Source of the DNA: Candidatus Latescibacterota bacterium
Lineage (GTDB): Bacteria > Latescibacterota > UBA2968 > GCA-2709665
Assembly (NCBI GenBank): GCA_963667175.2
Contig: CAXXXF010000006.1
Span: forward strand, 640,001-704,000
Reading direction: 5' to 3'
DNA length: 64,000 nucleotides
In this document: positions 28,577 through 37,979 of the stretch, piece after piece
Numbering within the stretch: the stretch's first letter is position 1
Layout of the letters: the number at the start of each line of letters is the position of its first letter
The notes under the pieces: model-generated
What the model was told of the DNA's origin: nothing
The model's database searches: none
Seen by the model: the letters and a program-made list of their open reading frames with translations, nothing else
Program-made: the position numbers and the translations under genes

Positions 28577-28718
28577 TAATTTCAGCTACGGATTTTTCGT
28601 TTTTTTCGCGTGTTTCGTAGTTTCTGATGTTCGTGTTCTCGTGCCTTTGTCGCGCTTTTTGGTTTTCATCCTGTCCATCCTGTCCATCCATGTTTGTTCC
28701 GTTTGCATGAATTAATGG
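28577..28718. repeat. Strand-asymmetric array of ~9-bp-period imperfect repeats
   Basis: TTTTCGTTTTTTTCGCGTGTTTCGTAG, TTCGTGTTCTCGTGCC, ATCCTGTCCATCCTGTCCATCCATG; first ~55 bp recur at 52442-52496. Confidence 0.65.
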
Positions 28719-28811
28719 GCTTGACAAGACGTGACGCTTTGGTGTTCTTTTGGTGTAACGTTCCCAGGAAAGTGCCAGGAGCAAACTCAATAACAAACCG
28801 GTAAGTACACT

Positions 28812-29123
28812 ATGGAAACCGGAATCCTCAGTCTGGTAATATCCAGTTTGGGAACCATCGTGGCCGTTGTTGGCATCGGATGGCTCGGTCTGGATAGAAT
28901 GGAACAAAGAATAAAGGCCGATGCCCAAAAAGCCCACGATCTTATAGGCGAAAACATAAGAGGCGTGCGAACAGATATAGACACGCTACGATCAGATATA
29001 GACACGCTACGATCTGAAGTAAGCGGTATGCGCTCTGAAATGACGGGTCTAACGGGTCGAGTAGGACACATCGAAGGCATGCTCGAAGTCATGCGGGGTG
29101 CCGAAAAACCCACTAAACGCTAA
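28812..29123 (+). CDS. Small N-terminal TM + coiled-coil protein
   Basis: Hydrophobic N-term, heptads DIDTLRS-DIDTLRS-EVSGMRS; exact 21-bp tandem duplication at 28972-29013. Confidence 0.65.
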   Translation: METGILSLVISSLGTIVAVVGIGWLGLDRMEQRIKADAQKAHDLIGENIRGVRTDIDTLRSDIDTLRSEVSGMRSEMTGLTGRVGHIEGMLEVMRGAEKPTKR

Positions 29124-29227
29124 TCTCCAGCCGCCGCGCCGTAAATTTCCGCAAGTTTGACGTTCACCCTTGACAGGATAGGCAGACCCACGTCATCTTT
29201 CATCAGGCGCCACCGGAGGAGTACGCC

Positions 29228-29464
29228 ATGATGGGCAAAATCCTTAACGCAGATAACGTCCGTTTTTTTGTCCTTATTCTGGTACTGTGGAGTACCATGT
29301 GGAGATTTGACGGCAAGATAGACGCACGTTTTGAGAAAATGGGAAAAAGAATCGAAGCACGCTTTGAGAAAATCGAAACTCGCCTGGACAGGATCGACGC
29401 CCGCCTGAATTCCTTCGGTGAACGTATTGCCAGGAACGAAGCACGCCTGGACGCCTCCGAGTAA
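29228..29464 (+). CDS. Small N-terminal TM + coiled-coil protein
   Basis: GGAGGAG RBS; FFVLILVLWSTMW then KIDARFEK..KRIEARFEKIETRLDRIDARL. Confidence 0.65.
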   Translation: MMGKILNADNVRFFVLILVLWSTMWRFDGKIDARFEKMGKRIEARFEKIETRLDRIDARLNSFGERIARNEARLDASE

Positions 29465-29601
29465 ACTCCCGCCTGCGCCTGCTCCCTCAATCCACGCCAC
29501 GAAATCCCTGCTGCTTTCGTCGCTTCGGAACTACGGTCTTCAACTCCATGTCCCTGACCACCGCCCGCGCCAACGCCTCCGGCGAGGGAAAGATTCTCCG
29601 T

Positions 29602-32154
29602 TCACCCCCCCGCGGCCATCCCGAAGACCGCGGCGAAGAGAATGAAATCCGCGAAGCTGATCCGTTCATCGCCGTTCAGGTCCAGATTCGCGTCGAAATT
29701 CGGATCGCTGGAACTCGCGCCGAAACCGCTGGCGAACAGCACGAAGTCGCCGAAGCCGACGTACCCGTCGCGGTCGAAGTCGGCGCGTCGCGGGTCGGTC
29801 ACGGGCGCATCTACGTAAACCGGACGCCCTCGCACGGCGATCCCCCGGGGCCCGTCTTCCAGCGTGAGTGTTTTCCGGACGAATCCCGATGCCGCGTCGA
29901 TAAACAGCAGTTCGTTCGAATCCTGGTTGGCCGCGTAAACGGTTTTTCCATCGGCCGAAACGGCCACGTCGCGCGTTTCCCGCCCGCGCGCCGCCCACTT
30001 CAGAATCACGCGATTCAGTTCCGTATTGATCACCAGTACCCTGGCGTTGGTCCGGTCCGTGGCGTACAGACGCTTCCCGTCGGGCGAAAGCGCCAGGCGG
30101 AAGACGCTCGCGGACGGCTGGTCGATTTCACTGATCACCTCGTATGATTCGGTGTCGATGACCGAAACGCCGGCCCCGTTCCCGCTGCGTCCGAACCGGG
30201 ATACGTAGAGCCGGTCTCCCGAATGGGAGAGCAGCAGGGACCGCGGCGAGTCCGGCACGTCGATCCGCTGGACGACCTGACCGCTTTCGATATCCACCAC
30301 CATCACCTGGTTCCCGTCGATATCCGCCGCGTACAGCCACTTCTCGTCCGGCCCCACGGCGATGCCGAACGGTCCTCGTGTATTTTCCCCTTCGCCGGCG
30401 ACAGGCGTGGAGATGCGTCGACTCTCTCTAAGGCTGCCCACCTCCACAACGGATACGGTCTGCTCCGCGGCGTTGCTCACGTACACACGCGACCCGTTTC
30501 GAGACATCGCCAGGTCCAGCGGTTCGCGCCCCACCCGGGTCACCAGGACCTCGTGCGTGGACGTGTCGATCGCCATCAGCTTGTTTTCCGTGCCATCGGT
30601 GTCGGCGCCGTTGTTGGCAACGTACACAAATCGCTCGTCGGGTGTCAGCAGAACGCTCAATGGATCGCCGCCCAGCGGTATCCGGGCCACCTCGCGGTCC
30701 AGGCCCGTATCAAACACGGCCAACTGCCGGGAGCGGCGCAGCGCCACGTACACCATCGGCTCTCCGGAAAGCGAGAGCACTTCGAACCGGAGTTCCGGCA
30801 GTTCCTCAGCCGGATAGATCGTCTCATTGCCCTCGCTGTCCTGCGCCCTGAACCGGTAGCTAAACACCGTACCCCGTTCTCTGCCTGGAAACTCGACGGA
30901 ATAAAACCGCCCGTGTTCACGCTGCAACACCAGCGTCCGGACGGGTCCGCCGTCGGTCCGGTAGTCCACCTCCACTAAGGAAATCGGATCCTCATCCAGA
31001 ATGCGCACGTGTAGCCGGTAGGGACCGTCGGGACTCGGCGTGTTGTTCGGAAGAACGGTCGTTTGGATATCCGGAAAACCCGGAAGAGCCGTTCCCAGGG
31101 TAAAGTCGACCTCCGACACGCTCCTGCCTGGGGCGACGCGAACCGCGTCGGCGACGTCCCGAATCGCGCGGTTGTCGTAATACTCCTCCGGGAAGCCGGA
31201 TTCGAACTCCCTGTAGATGCCGCTGAAATTCCGCGTGGTGACCGATCCGCCCACCGGCTCGATGCCCACGTGGTACTCACCCGGCGGCAGGCCCTTGATT
31301 TCATACTCACCGTCTCCACCGATCCCCCGGACTTCTCCTGCCGTACCGGAAAGGACGCCCGCGGCGAACTCACCCGTATCGGCGCGGTACGCCACAACGT
31401 GCACGCCGAATGCCCCCGCGCCGTCCCGGTGTGTCACCCGGCCCGAAATCGAGCCCGTGGAAATTCTCGCCTCGGTCGATGGATAAAGCGCCGCAATCCC
31501 GGCCCGGTCGTCCGTCGTCAGGGTGCGCTCCTCTCCGAAGTAGAAGGGATACATCGACGGACGAACGGACCGGTCTCCAGCCAGCGGCGAATGTGCGAGC
31601 CCCAGCAGGTGGCCGATCTCGTGGACCAGCACGTCCTGCATATCCACCAGACCGCTCTCCTGGCCGGGATTCCCCACTGAATAGGAATAGTCACGCCCAT
31701 TGAAGACGATATCCACGTCCGTAATGTGTCCCTGGACGTCCCAATTCATTCGTGCGAACGCGATCACTCCGCCGCCGCGGTCCGGGAAATTCCGGGCGCT
31801 CCGGTCGAAGGTAATCACGTTCTTTCCATCTGTTGTCGACACGTCCAGATCGGCGACGCCGCGGCTCCTGAACGCAACGACTGAAATGGGAACCTCCTCC
31901 CAGGCGACGAAACTGTCCCGCACCAGGCGTTTCACGTGGTCGTCGAAAAAAGGAAACTGGTCGATCTCCAGCCAGAATTCGATCGCCCGCGCTTTACCGG
32001 CCGGCCAGCGCACCGTAACAATCTGGCGCTGGCTGTTCCGGTGCATCTGAAACACGTAGGAAGAAACGGGCGCCGCCAGGAAGCACCCCGCCAGCGCGGA
32101 CGCGACAAGCCAGAGGACAAATCGTCGCGTTCTGGTCCCGAAATTACGGTTCAC
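29602..32154 (-). CDS. Secreted matrixin-type metalloprotease + carboxypeptidase-regulatory-like + YVTN/YncE beta-propeller + dockerin-like EF-hand pair
   Basis: HEIGHLLGLAH + SMYP Met-turn; GSISGRV; repeated YVAN/YVSN/YATD; DFDRDGYVGFGDF and DLNGDERISFADF. Confidence 0.82.
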   Translation of the reverse strand: MNRNFGTRTRRFVLWLVASALAGCFLAAPVSSYVFQMHRNSQRQIVTVRWPAGKARAIEFWLEIDQFPFFDDHVKRLVRDSFVAWEEVPISVVAFRSRGVADLDVSTTDGKNVITFDRSARNFPDRGGGVIAFARMNWDVQGHITDVDIVFNGRDYSYSVGNPGQESGLVDMQDVLVHEIGHLLGLAHSPLAGDRSVRPSMYPFYFGEERTLTTDDRAGIAALYPSTEARISTGSISGRVTHRDGAGAFGVHVVAYRADTGEFAAGVLSGTAGEVRGIGGDGEYEIKGLPPGEYHVGIEPVGGSVTTRNFSGIYREFESGFPEEYYDNRAIRDVADAVRVAPGRSVSEVDFTLGTALPGFPDIQTTVLPNNTPSPDGPYRLHVRILDEDPISLVEVDYRTDGGPVRTLVLQREHGRFYSVEFPGRERGTVFSYRFRAQDSEGNETIYPAEELPELRFEVLSLSGEPMVYVALRRSRQLAVFDTGLDREVARIPLGGDPLSVLLTPDERFVYVANNGADTDGTENKLMAIDTSTHEVLVTRVGREPLDLAMSRNGSRVYVSNAAEQTVSVVEVGSLRESRRISTPVAGEGENTRGPFGIAVGPDEKWLYAADIDGNQVMVVDIESGQVVQRIDVPDSPRSLLLSHSGDRLYVSRFGRSGNGAGVSVIDTESYEVISEIDQPSASVFRLALSPDGKRLYATDRTNARVLVINTELNRVILKWAARGRETRDVAVSADGKTVYAANQDSNELLFIDAASGFVRKTLTLEDGPRGIAVRGRPVYVDAPVTDPRRADFDRDGYVGFGDFVLFASGFGASSSDPNFDANLDLNGDERISFADFILFAAVFGMAAGG

Positions 32155-32157
32155 GAC

Positions 32158-32625
32158 TCAGTCCGATTGAATTAGCACGGGATCGGGCGATTCATGGTCC
32201 ACGTACCATACCTCATGCCGGCCGTCCCCGTTAAGGTCCGCCCGCGCTTCCGCAACGAACGTGGATCCTTCCACCGTCACCTGGTAACGGAATCTGCCCG
32301 GCGCCTCGTTCAATTTAAGGATCTTTCCGTTTTTTTCACTGTCAATAGGCAGATAAGTTCCGAATTCCTTCAAGTGAGCGCTTTCCAGACGATAGATCAA
32401 CTCAAGGTGCATCCGGGCGCGCGTGCGTTCGCTGTCCTCAGGAGACTGAGCCGTGAGGCGGTAGATCATCAGGCCGCAGAACAGGATAAGCAGCATGACC
32501 GGTACGAGATGCTTCCCTACGGAGAGACCGCGTTCCGCTGTCTCAGCCACGGCTAATTCTCCCTGGCGAGTCCTGTTTCCATCCGGATTTGAACGTTCAG
32601 ACGCGCCTCGGCGGCCGTCTCCCAC
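32158..32625 (-). CDS. Pilin-like single-TM protein
   Basis: TM followed by AR..L..IY.LE.A....FGTY...F.AEA.ADLNGDG...VW.VD; real start probably near 32550. Confidence 0.5.
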   Translation of the reverse strand: MGDGRRGASERSNPDGNRTRQGELAVAETAERGLSVGKHLVPVMLLILFCGLMIYRLTAQSPEDSERTRARMHLELIYRLESAHLKEFGTYLPIDSEKNGKILKLNEAPGRFRYQVTVEGSTFVAEARADLNGDGRHEVWYVDHESPDPVLIQSD

Positions 32626-34301
32626 CGGGGGACGACCTCAATCGTATCCTGAAGCGCGTCCATGGGTTCGGCCGGGACGAAGGGTCTGGCCACGCCACGG
32701 CTCCACGTACGGTTGCCGTCGACGTCTCCGAAGGCCAACACCCGGTAACGCCCGGGCCGGAGCGCGTCGATATGGTAGGAAGAATCGCCGGGCGCAACCA
32801 CGACCGCCCGCGTCCGTTCAGGCCCTGAAAGGGATTGCGCTCGCACCACGATCCGCGTTTCAGAGGGTACAACGGCGCCACTTACGGCGCCCTGATCCTC
32901 CGGCGACGCAATCGTAAACCGAAACCCAATCTCGCCTTCCGCGGGGTTTCCGGAGACGTCCGTTAGCCTGGGGGCCTGCCCGCGAAGAACGTAGGTCTTC
33001 CCCGCGACCCAGGCATCGGCCGGCCGAAACGCAAAACGGTTGGGCCGCGGCCACGAAACCCTTCCTTCAGGGGCGTCCGTACTGTCGGACCGCACCCAGA
33101 ACTCAGGGTTCGCAACGGGCGCCATCGCCTCGCTGAAATCGATATGCAACACGGCGTCTTGCGAGATATCCCGCGCACCAACTTCAGGATGGACGCGAAC
33201 CGGATCGGGGGCGCGCCGGTCGGGCTGTCCCTCGCCGCGCACCGTCGCCGCTTCGCCGGGCGGGATCCGATTCCCGAAACGGTCGGCAATCCCGCCCAAG
33301 TCCACGCGGTATTCCATTCCGGCAGCCTGTGGCGCGGTAACCAGCCATACCCTGCTGGAATCCCTCGCGTCCGGATAGAGCCCTTCCACCTCCAGACGCC
33401 CGTCGCCGCCGGAAATTCCGGGCGGCAAGGCCAGATGCACGGGTTCATCGAACCGGAGGGCGAGCCGTCTCCGATCGGGCGTCCGCGCCGAAACAAAACG
33501 GGGCGGTACGCTGTCGCGCACCGCCATCTTCAGCAGACCCAATCGCACCCGGCGATCCCCCGATCCGAGGGTGACGTCGCCCGGGGGCACCGCGAGCGAT
33601 TCGCCCGAGGTATACGCCTGGTCGCGGTCGCCGTCGCGGAATGCGAATACGCGGTACCGCCCCGCCCCCAATCGGACAAGCCGATAGGTTCCGTCCGCGC
33701 CGGGCTGTGTCACGTAAGCAGGAGGGTCGGCTACCGGATCGGGGTCGTCGTCTCCGGTCAGATCATACGCCCATACGAAGACGTGCCCACGTTGTCCGCC
33801 GAACAGGAGGACGCGTCCATCGATCTCACCGCCATCCAGCCGTTCACCGGTGGAGAACGCGAAGCTGTAGGACGCTTCCATGCGGTTGTACGACTCGTCT
33901 GAACTGCCGGCCCCCACGGACACCACGTAGGTCCGTTCCTCGCGGAGTCCTTCGTTCGGACGGATTTCAAGCTCCCGACCGCGCCATTTGAATTCCGGAT
34001 CGGCCGAAAAGCGCGGAGAGATGAAAATCGCACGCGTCACCGATCGACGGTCCATGTGTTCGCTGAACCGGATGCGGATGCGGGTCTCCGTGCCCACGCC
34101 CACGGAATCGGCGGCCGGCATCGTGCGGACAACCCGCGGCGGGATGACGTCCTTTGGCCCGCCGGGAGGCGGCAAGGGGCTGGCGCACGCTCCCGCGAAG
34201 ATCGGGGCGAGCCCGATCAGAACGCGCGTCGCCCTTTCCAGGATGGAAGAAGGAACCCGTACCCCGTCGGGCAATCGGCCGCCTCGCGTGTCCGGTCTCA
34301 C
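32553..34301 (-). CDS. Ig-like (Big_5) domain lipoprotein
   Basis: Lipobox AGAC then ASP.PPPGGPKD..PP; I.FSE.MD repeats; FSTG..LD. Confidence 0.75.
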   Translation of the reverse strand: MRPDTRGGRLPDGVRVPSSILERATRVLIGLAPIFAGACASPLPPPGGPKDVIPPRVVRTMPAADSVGVGTETRIRIRFSEHMDRRSVTRAIFISPRFSADPEFKWRGRELEIRPNEGLREERTYVVSVGAGSSDESYNRMEASYSFAFSTGERLDGGEIDGRVLLFGGQRGHVFVWAYDLTGDDDPDPVADPPAYVTQPGADGTYRLVRLGAGRYRVFAFRDGDRDQAYTSGESLAVPPGDVTLGSGDRRVRLGLLKMAVRDSVPPRFVSARTPDRRRLALRFDEPVHLALPPGISGGDGRLEVEGLYPDARDSSRVWLVTAPQAAGMEYRVDLGGIADRFGNRIPPGEAATVRGEGQPDRRAPDPVRVHPEVGARDISQDAVLHIDFSEAMAPVANPEFWVRSDSTDAPEGRVSWPRPNRFAFRPADAWVAGKTYVLRGQAPRLTDVSGNPAEGEIGFRFTIASPEDQGAVSGAVVPSETRIVVRAQSLSGPERTRAVVVAPGDSSYHIDALRPGRYRVLAFGDVDGNRTWSRGVARPFVPAEPMDALQDTIEVVPRWETAAEARLNVQIRMETGLAREN

Positions 34302-34305
34302 GTCG

Positions 34306-35211
34306 CTATGCTCTCGGATGCGCCTGCCGATAGGCCTTCTTCAACCGTTCCACGCTCACGTGGGTATAAACCTGCGTCGTGGACAGGCTTGCGTGTCCAA
34401 GCATCTCCTTCACCGCATTCAGATCGGCGCCCCTGTCCAGAAGATGGGTGGCAAACGTATGCCGCAGGGTATGCGGCCCCAGACGGCCCCTGCCCGTCGC
34501 GTTTTCGAGATGCCCCACGACCCGGTCCTGAACCCCGCTGGCGCTCAACGCCCTGCCGGTACGGGTGAGAAAAAAATGCCGCCGGTCAGCCTCTCGCGCA
34601 TCGGCTGGCAGCAGTTCGGACCGGCGGGCGAGGTACCTGCGCAGGGCTTCCCGGGCCGGCGCTCCCACGGGCACGAGTCGCTCCCTGCCGCCCTTTCCGG
34701 TCACACGCACGGTCCCGCTGTCCAGATCCAGACTATCCAACCTGATCTCCGCCAGTTCACGCAGCCGGATGCCGGAACTGTAAAACAACTCCAGAATCGC
34801 CCGGTCCCGCAGACCCAATGTGGTATCCGGCGACGGATTCTCCAGCACCCGATGCACTTCCGAATGATCCAGATGGACCGGCAGGGTCTTCTCCTGCCGG
34901 GGCGGGCGAACCTGCAGCGCCGGGTTCTTTTTCAGATGGTCCAGGCGGCAGAGCCAGGCAAAAAACGTGCGCAAGGACGCCAGTTTCCGTGCGATTGAAC
35001 GTCTGCCGAATCCGGCGCCGTTCAGATGACCCAGGAACGCCCGAATGTCCTCACGCGCGACCGGTCTGACGTCCGGTTGTTCAACGCCCCGGCGGATCTG
35101 CATGAAAGAAACGAACCGTTCGAGGTCCGTCCGGTAGGCCCTGCAGGTGTGCGGCGACAATCGACGCTCGTTGGCGAGATGACGGAGAAATCCGGCGATC
35201 AGTTGCTGCAC
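34306..35211 (-). CDS. xerC: Tyrosine recombinase XerC
   Basis: RDRAILELFYSSGIR, GKGGRERLVP, PHTLRHTFATHLL, LGHASLSTTQVYTH, AHPRA; follows topA. Confidence 0.9.
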   Translation of the reverse strand: MQQLIAGFLRHLANERRLSPHTCRAYRTDLERFVSFMQIRRGVEQPDVRPVAREDIRAFLGHLNGAGFGRRSIARKLASLRTFFAWLCRLDHLKKNPALQVRPPRQEKTLPVHLDHSEVHRVLENPSPDTTLGLRDRAILELFYSSGIRLRELAEIRLDSLDLDSGTVRVTGKGGRERLVPVGAPAREALRRYLARRSELLPADAREADRRHFFLTRTGRALSASGVQDRVVGHLENATGRGRLGPHTLRHTFATHLLDRGADLNAVKEMLGHASLSTTQVYTHVSVERLKKAYRQAHPRA

Positions 35212-35326
35212 GTTATGACACCTTCCGCGGGGACTTCCGCGTTTCCGTTGAAACTTCCTGGTTCGGTCGGACGTCCGGGGCGTTCATCGGCCGCCGTCGG
35301 TGATTCGTGACGAAGCGGCGGCGCGG

Positions 35327-37630
35327 CTACGCTTTTTCCTCTTCCGGCGCACGCATCGTATGCCTGCAACTGAGACAACTCAGCGACGTCCGCCCATTTC
35401 GACCGGTACGTTCCGCGAGAAAAGGTCCTTCGCACACGGGACAAGGCCGGTTCAACGGGCGGTCCCAGCTCGCGAACGTGCATTCAGGGTAATTGCCGCA
35501 ACTGTAAAACGTCCTCCCCCGCCGGCTGCTGCGTTCCAGGAGCTTACCGTCGCAATCTTTCTTCGGGCAGGGCACACCCGTCGAAATCGAACGGGTATTC
35601 CTGCACTTCGGGTATCCCGAGCAGGCCAGAAACCGTCCATTGCGACCTGTGCGGATTGCCATATCCGAACCGCATTTCTCGCAAGTCTCGCCCGAGGGTT
35701 CGGGTTCGGACGCTTCGAGCGGTTGCGTGTTGCGACATTCCGGAAACCCGGAACACGCCATAAATTTACCGTTTCGCCCCCATTTGATCACCATGGTCTT
35801 GCCGCACTTCTCGCAAATCCGGTCCGTCTCTTCCTGAAGGGAGGCTTTCAGTTCTCCCCGCCGCCCTTCCGCACGGTCGAGATCCCTGGCGAAGGGCCCG
35901 TAGAAGTCCTCCACGACCTTCACCCAGCCCACCTCACCATTTTCGACCTGGTCGAGTTCATCCTCCATGCGGGCTGTGAAGTCCACGTTAAAGACGTCGG
36001 GAAACGCCTCAGCCAGTATACGGTTGACAGTGCGGCCCAGGTCCGTCGGTGTAAACCGCCCTCTCTCTTTCTCCGTATAGTCCCTGTCCTGGAGCGTGCT
36101 GATGATCTGGGCATAGGTGCTGGGGCGTCCGATTTCACGCGACTCCAGCTCCTTGACGAGTGTCGCCTCCGAAAACCTCGGGGGCGGCTTCGTAAAATGC
36201 TGCTCAGGAATCAGCCCCATCATGATGAGCGCGTCGCCACTTTTCAATCCATCCGGCAGCCGCGCCTCGGCTTCCGCGTCCTCTTCGTCCTTCCCTTCGG
36301 TATAAAGCGCCGTAAAGCCGGCAAACTTGAGCACCGATCCGGTTGCCCGCAGACCATACTGCCCGGCGTGAATGTCTACCGTGGTCCGGTTGTATACGGC
36401 AGGGGCCATCTGGCACGCGATAAACCGGTCCCAGATCAGTCGATACAGTCTCGCCTGATCGGCGGTCAGTTGTGCCTGGATCACCTCCGGCGGGCGCTCC
36501 GTATCCGTGGGGCGTATCGCCTCATGCGCATCCTGGGCGCCCTTCCCCTTGCGGTACGTCCTGGCACGGGGCGGGAGATAGGCTTCCCCGAATCGCTGTC
36601 GAATGTAATCCCTTGCCGCGGATACGGCTTCGCCAGCCAACCGCGTGGAGTCGGTCCGCATATACGTGATCAAGCCGGTTGTTTCCGCCGACCCGGCCTC
36701 GTCACCCTGGACCTCAACGCCTTCGTAGAGTTGCTGGGCGACCCGCATCGTCCTGCGAGCCGTAAAACGCAGCCTGCGAGACGCCTCCTGCTGCAGCGTG
36801 CTCGTAATGAAGGGAGGCGCCGGATTGCGACGCTGTTCCCGTTTTTTTACGTCCGCGATCCGATATCCGTATTGCCGGGGTGTATCCGAGGCGCTCCTGT
36901 CGGCGAGTTTTTCCTTGGGATCCGACGCCAACTCCCGGAGGTCGGACAAAATCGCGTCCACTTCATCCCGGTTTTTCACCTCCAGCTTTTCACCCCTCAA
37001 TCGGATCAACCGCGCTTTGAACGGGACCGTATCCTCACGCCTCAACTTCACGTCGACGGTCCAGTATTCTTCCGGAACGAACGCGTCGATGGCCGCCTCC
37101 CGCTCGCAAATCAGACGAAGCGCCACCGATTGGACCCGCCCGGCGCTCAGACCGCCGTGAACCGTCTTCCACAACAGCGGGCTGACCTTGTACCCCACCA
37201 GGCGGTCAAGGACCCTGCGGGCCTGCTGTGCGTCCACCTTCCTCAAATCGATGCTTGAGGGGTTGGCCACCGCATCCATTACCGCCCGTTCCGTAATCTC
37301 GTTGAACATCACCCTCTGGGCTTCGCCGACCCGCTTCAGCGCCTCGGCCACGTGCCAGGCAATGGCTTCTCCCTCGCGATCCGGATCGGTCGCCAGAATC
37401 AGCCGCCCCGCCTTACGGGACGCCGCGCGAAGCTCTTTGACGAATTTGTTCCGGTCCCGGATCGTTCGGTACGTCGGCCTGAAACCATTCGCCACGTCGA
37501 TGCCCAGTTCCTTCTGCGGCAGATCCCTTACGTGGCCCATACTGGCCATCACCGTAAAGTCTCTACCGAGTATCTTGTTGATCGTTTTCGCCTTTGCGGG
37601 CGACTCGACGACCACCAGCGCATCCGGCAT
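35327..37630 (-). CDS. topA: DNA topoisomerase I with C-terminal zinc ribbons
   Basis: VVESPAKAKTI, ATDPDREGEAI, SAGRVQS, ITYMRTDS, C4 zinc fingers. Confidence 0.97.
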   Translation of the reverse strand: MPDALVVVESPAKAKTINKILGRDFTVMASMGHVRDLPQKELGIDVANGFRPTYRTIRDRNKFVKELRAASRKAGRLILATDPDREGEAIAWHVAEALKRVGEAQRVMFNEITERAVMDAVANPSSIDLRKVDAQQARRVLDRLVGYKVSPLLWKTVHGGLSAGRVQSVALRLICEREAAIDAFVPEEYWTVDVKLRREDTVPFKARLIRLRGEKLEVKNRDEVDAILSDLRELASDPKEKLADRSASDTPRQYGYRIADVKKREQRRNPAPPFITSTLQQEASRRLRFTARRTMRVAQQLYEGVEVQGDEAGSAETTGLITYMRTDSTRLAGEAVSAARDYIRQRFGEAYLPPRARTYRKGKGAQDAHEAIRPTDTERPPEVIQAQLTADQARLYRLIWDRFIACQMAPAVYNRTTVDIHAGQYGLRATGSVLKFAGFTALYTEGKDEEDAEAEARLPDGLKSGDALIMMGLIPEQHFTKPPPRFSEATLVKELESREIGRPSTYAQIISTLQDRDYTEKERGRFTPTDLGRTVNRILAEAFPDVFNVDFTARMEDELDQVENGEVGWVKVVEDFYGPFARDLDRAEGRRGELKASLQEETDRICEKCGKTMVIKWGRNGKFMACSGFPECRNTQPLEASEPEPSGETCEKCGSDMAIRTGRNGRFLACSGYPKCRNTRSISTGVPCPKKDCDGKLLERSSRRGRTFYSCGNYPECTFASWDRPLNRPCPVCEGPFLAERTGRNGRTSLSCLSCRHTMRAPEEEKA

Positions 37631-37794
37631 ACAGTCTCCCAAAAGAACGAGCCACTTCGATAGACGTCATCGAGTGACTCACCACGGTTCTGACGCGTTG
37701 TCCATCGCCGGAAGATTGGTTCGCAGGGCTCCGGAAGCGTTGCCTCACGATCTCCCCGGGCACATCGATCGACATACGCGGCACGTCCAATTCA

Positions 37795-37858
37795 AAAATA
37801 CGCGCGACCCAATCAAAAGTCAAGACTAAACTAATAACTTATTGTAAATCAGTTATTA
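37795..37858 (-). promoter_or_regulatory. topA promoter with upstream AT-rich inverted repeat
   Basis: TTGACT-17-TATTTT (37795-37823); TAATAACT-N11-AGTTATTA (37832-37858). Confidence 0.5.
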
Positions 37859-37979
37859 AGACTATACGGCGTGAAACTGATGGATTCGATCCGCCGACGT
37901 ACAGCGCTCCGCCGGACAGACCGAACGTCGGCTGTAGAGACCATAGTCGAACGGTGGCGTCGCGCACCGATGCCAGGCG

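Noticed and set aside
28577-28718. CRISPR array
   Set aside because: No constant repeat with unique spacers and no cas genes in the window
28509-28937. 142-aa minus-strand ORF
   Set aside because: Made of the antisense of 28812..29123 plus translated repeat units
34306-35211. XerC as the island integrase
   Set aside because: Housekeeping topA-xerC context with a typical XerC C-terminus; not at an island boundary
35300-37258. 652-aa plus-strand ORF
   Set aside because: Antisense shadow of topA
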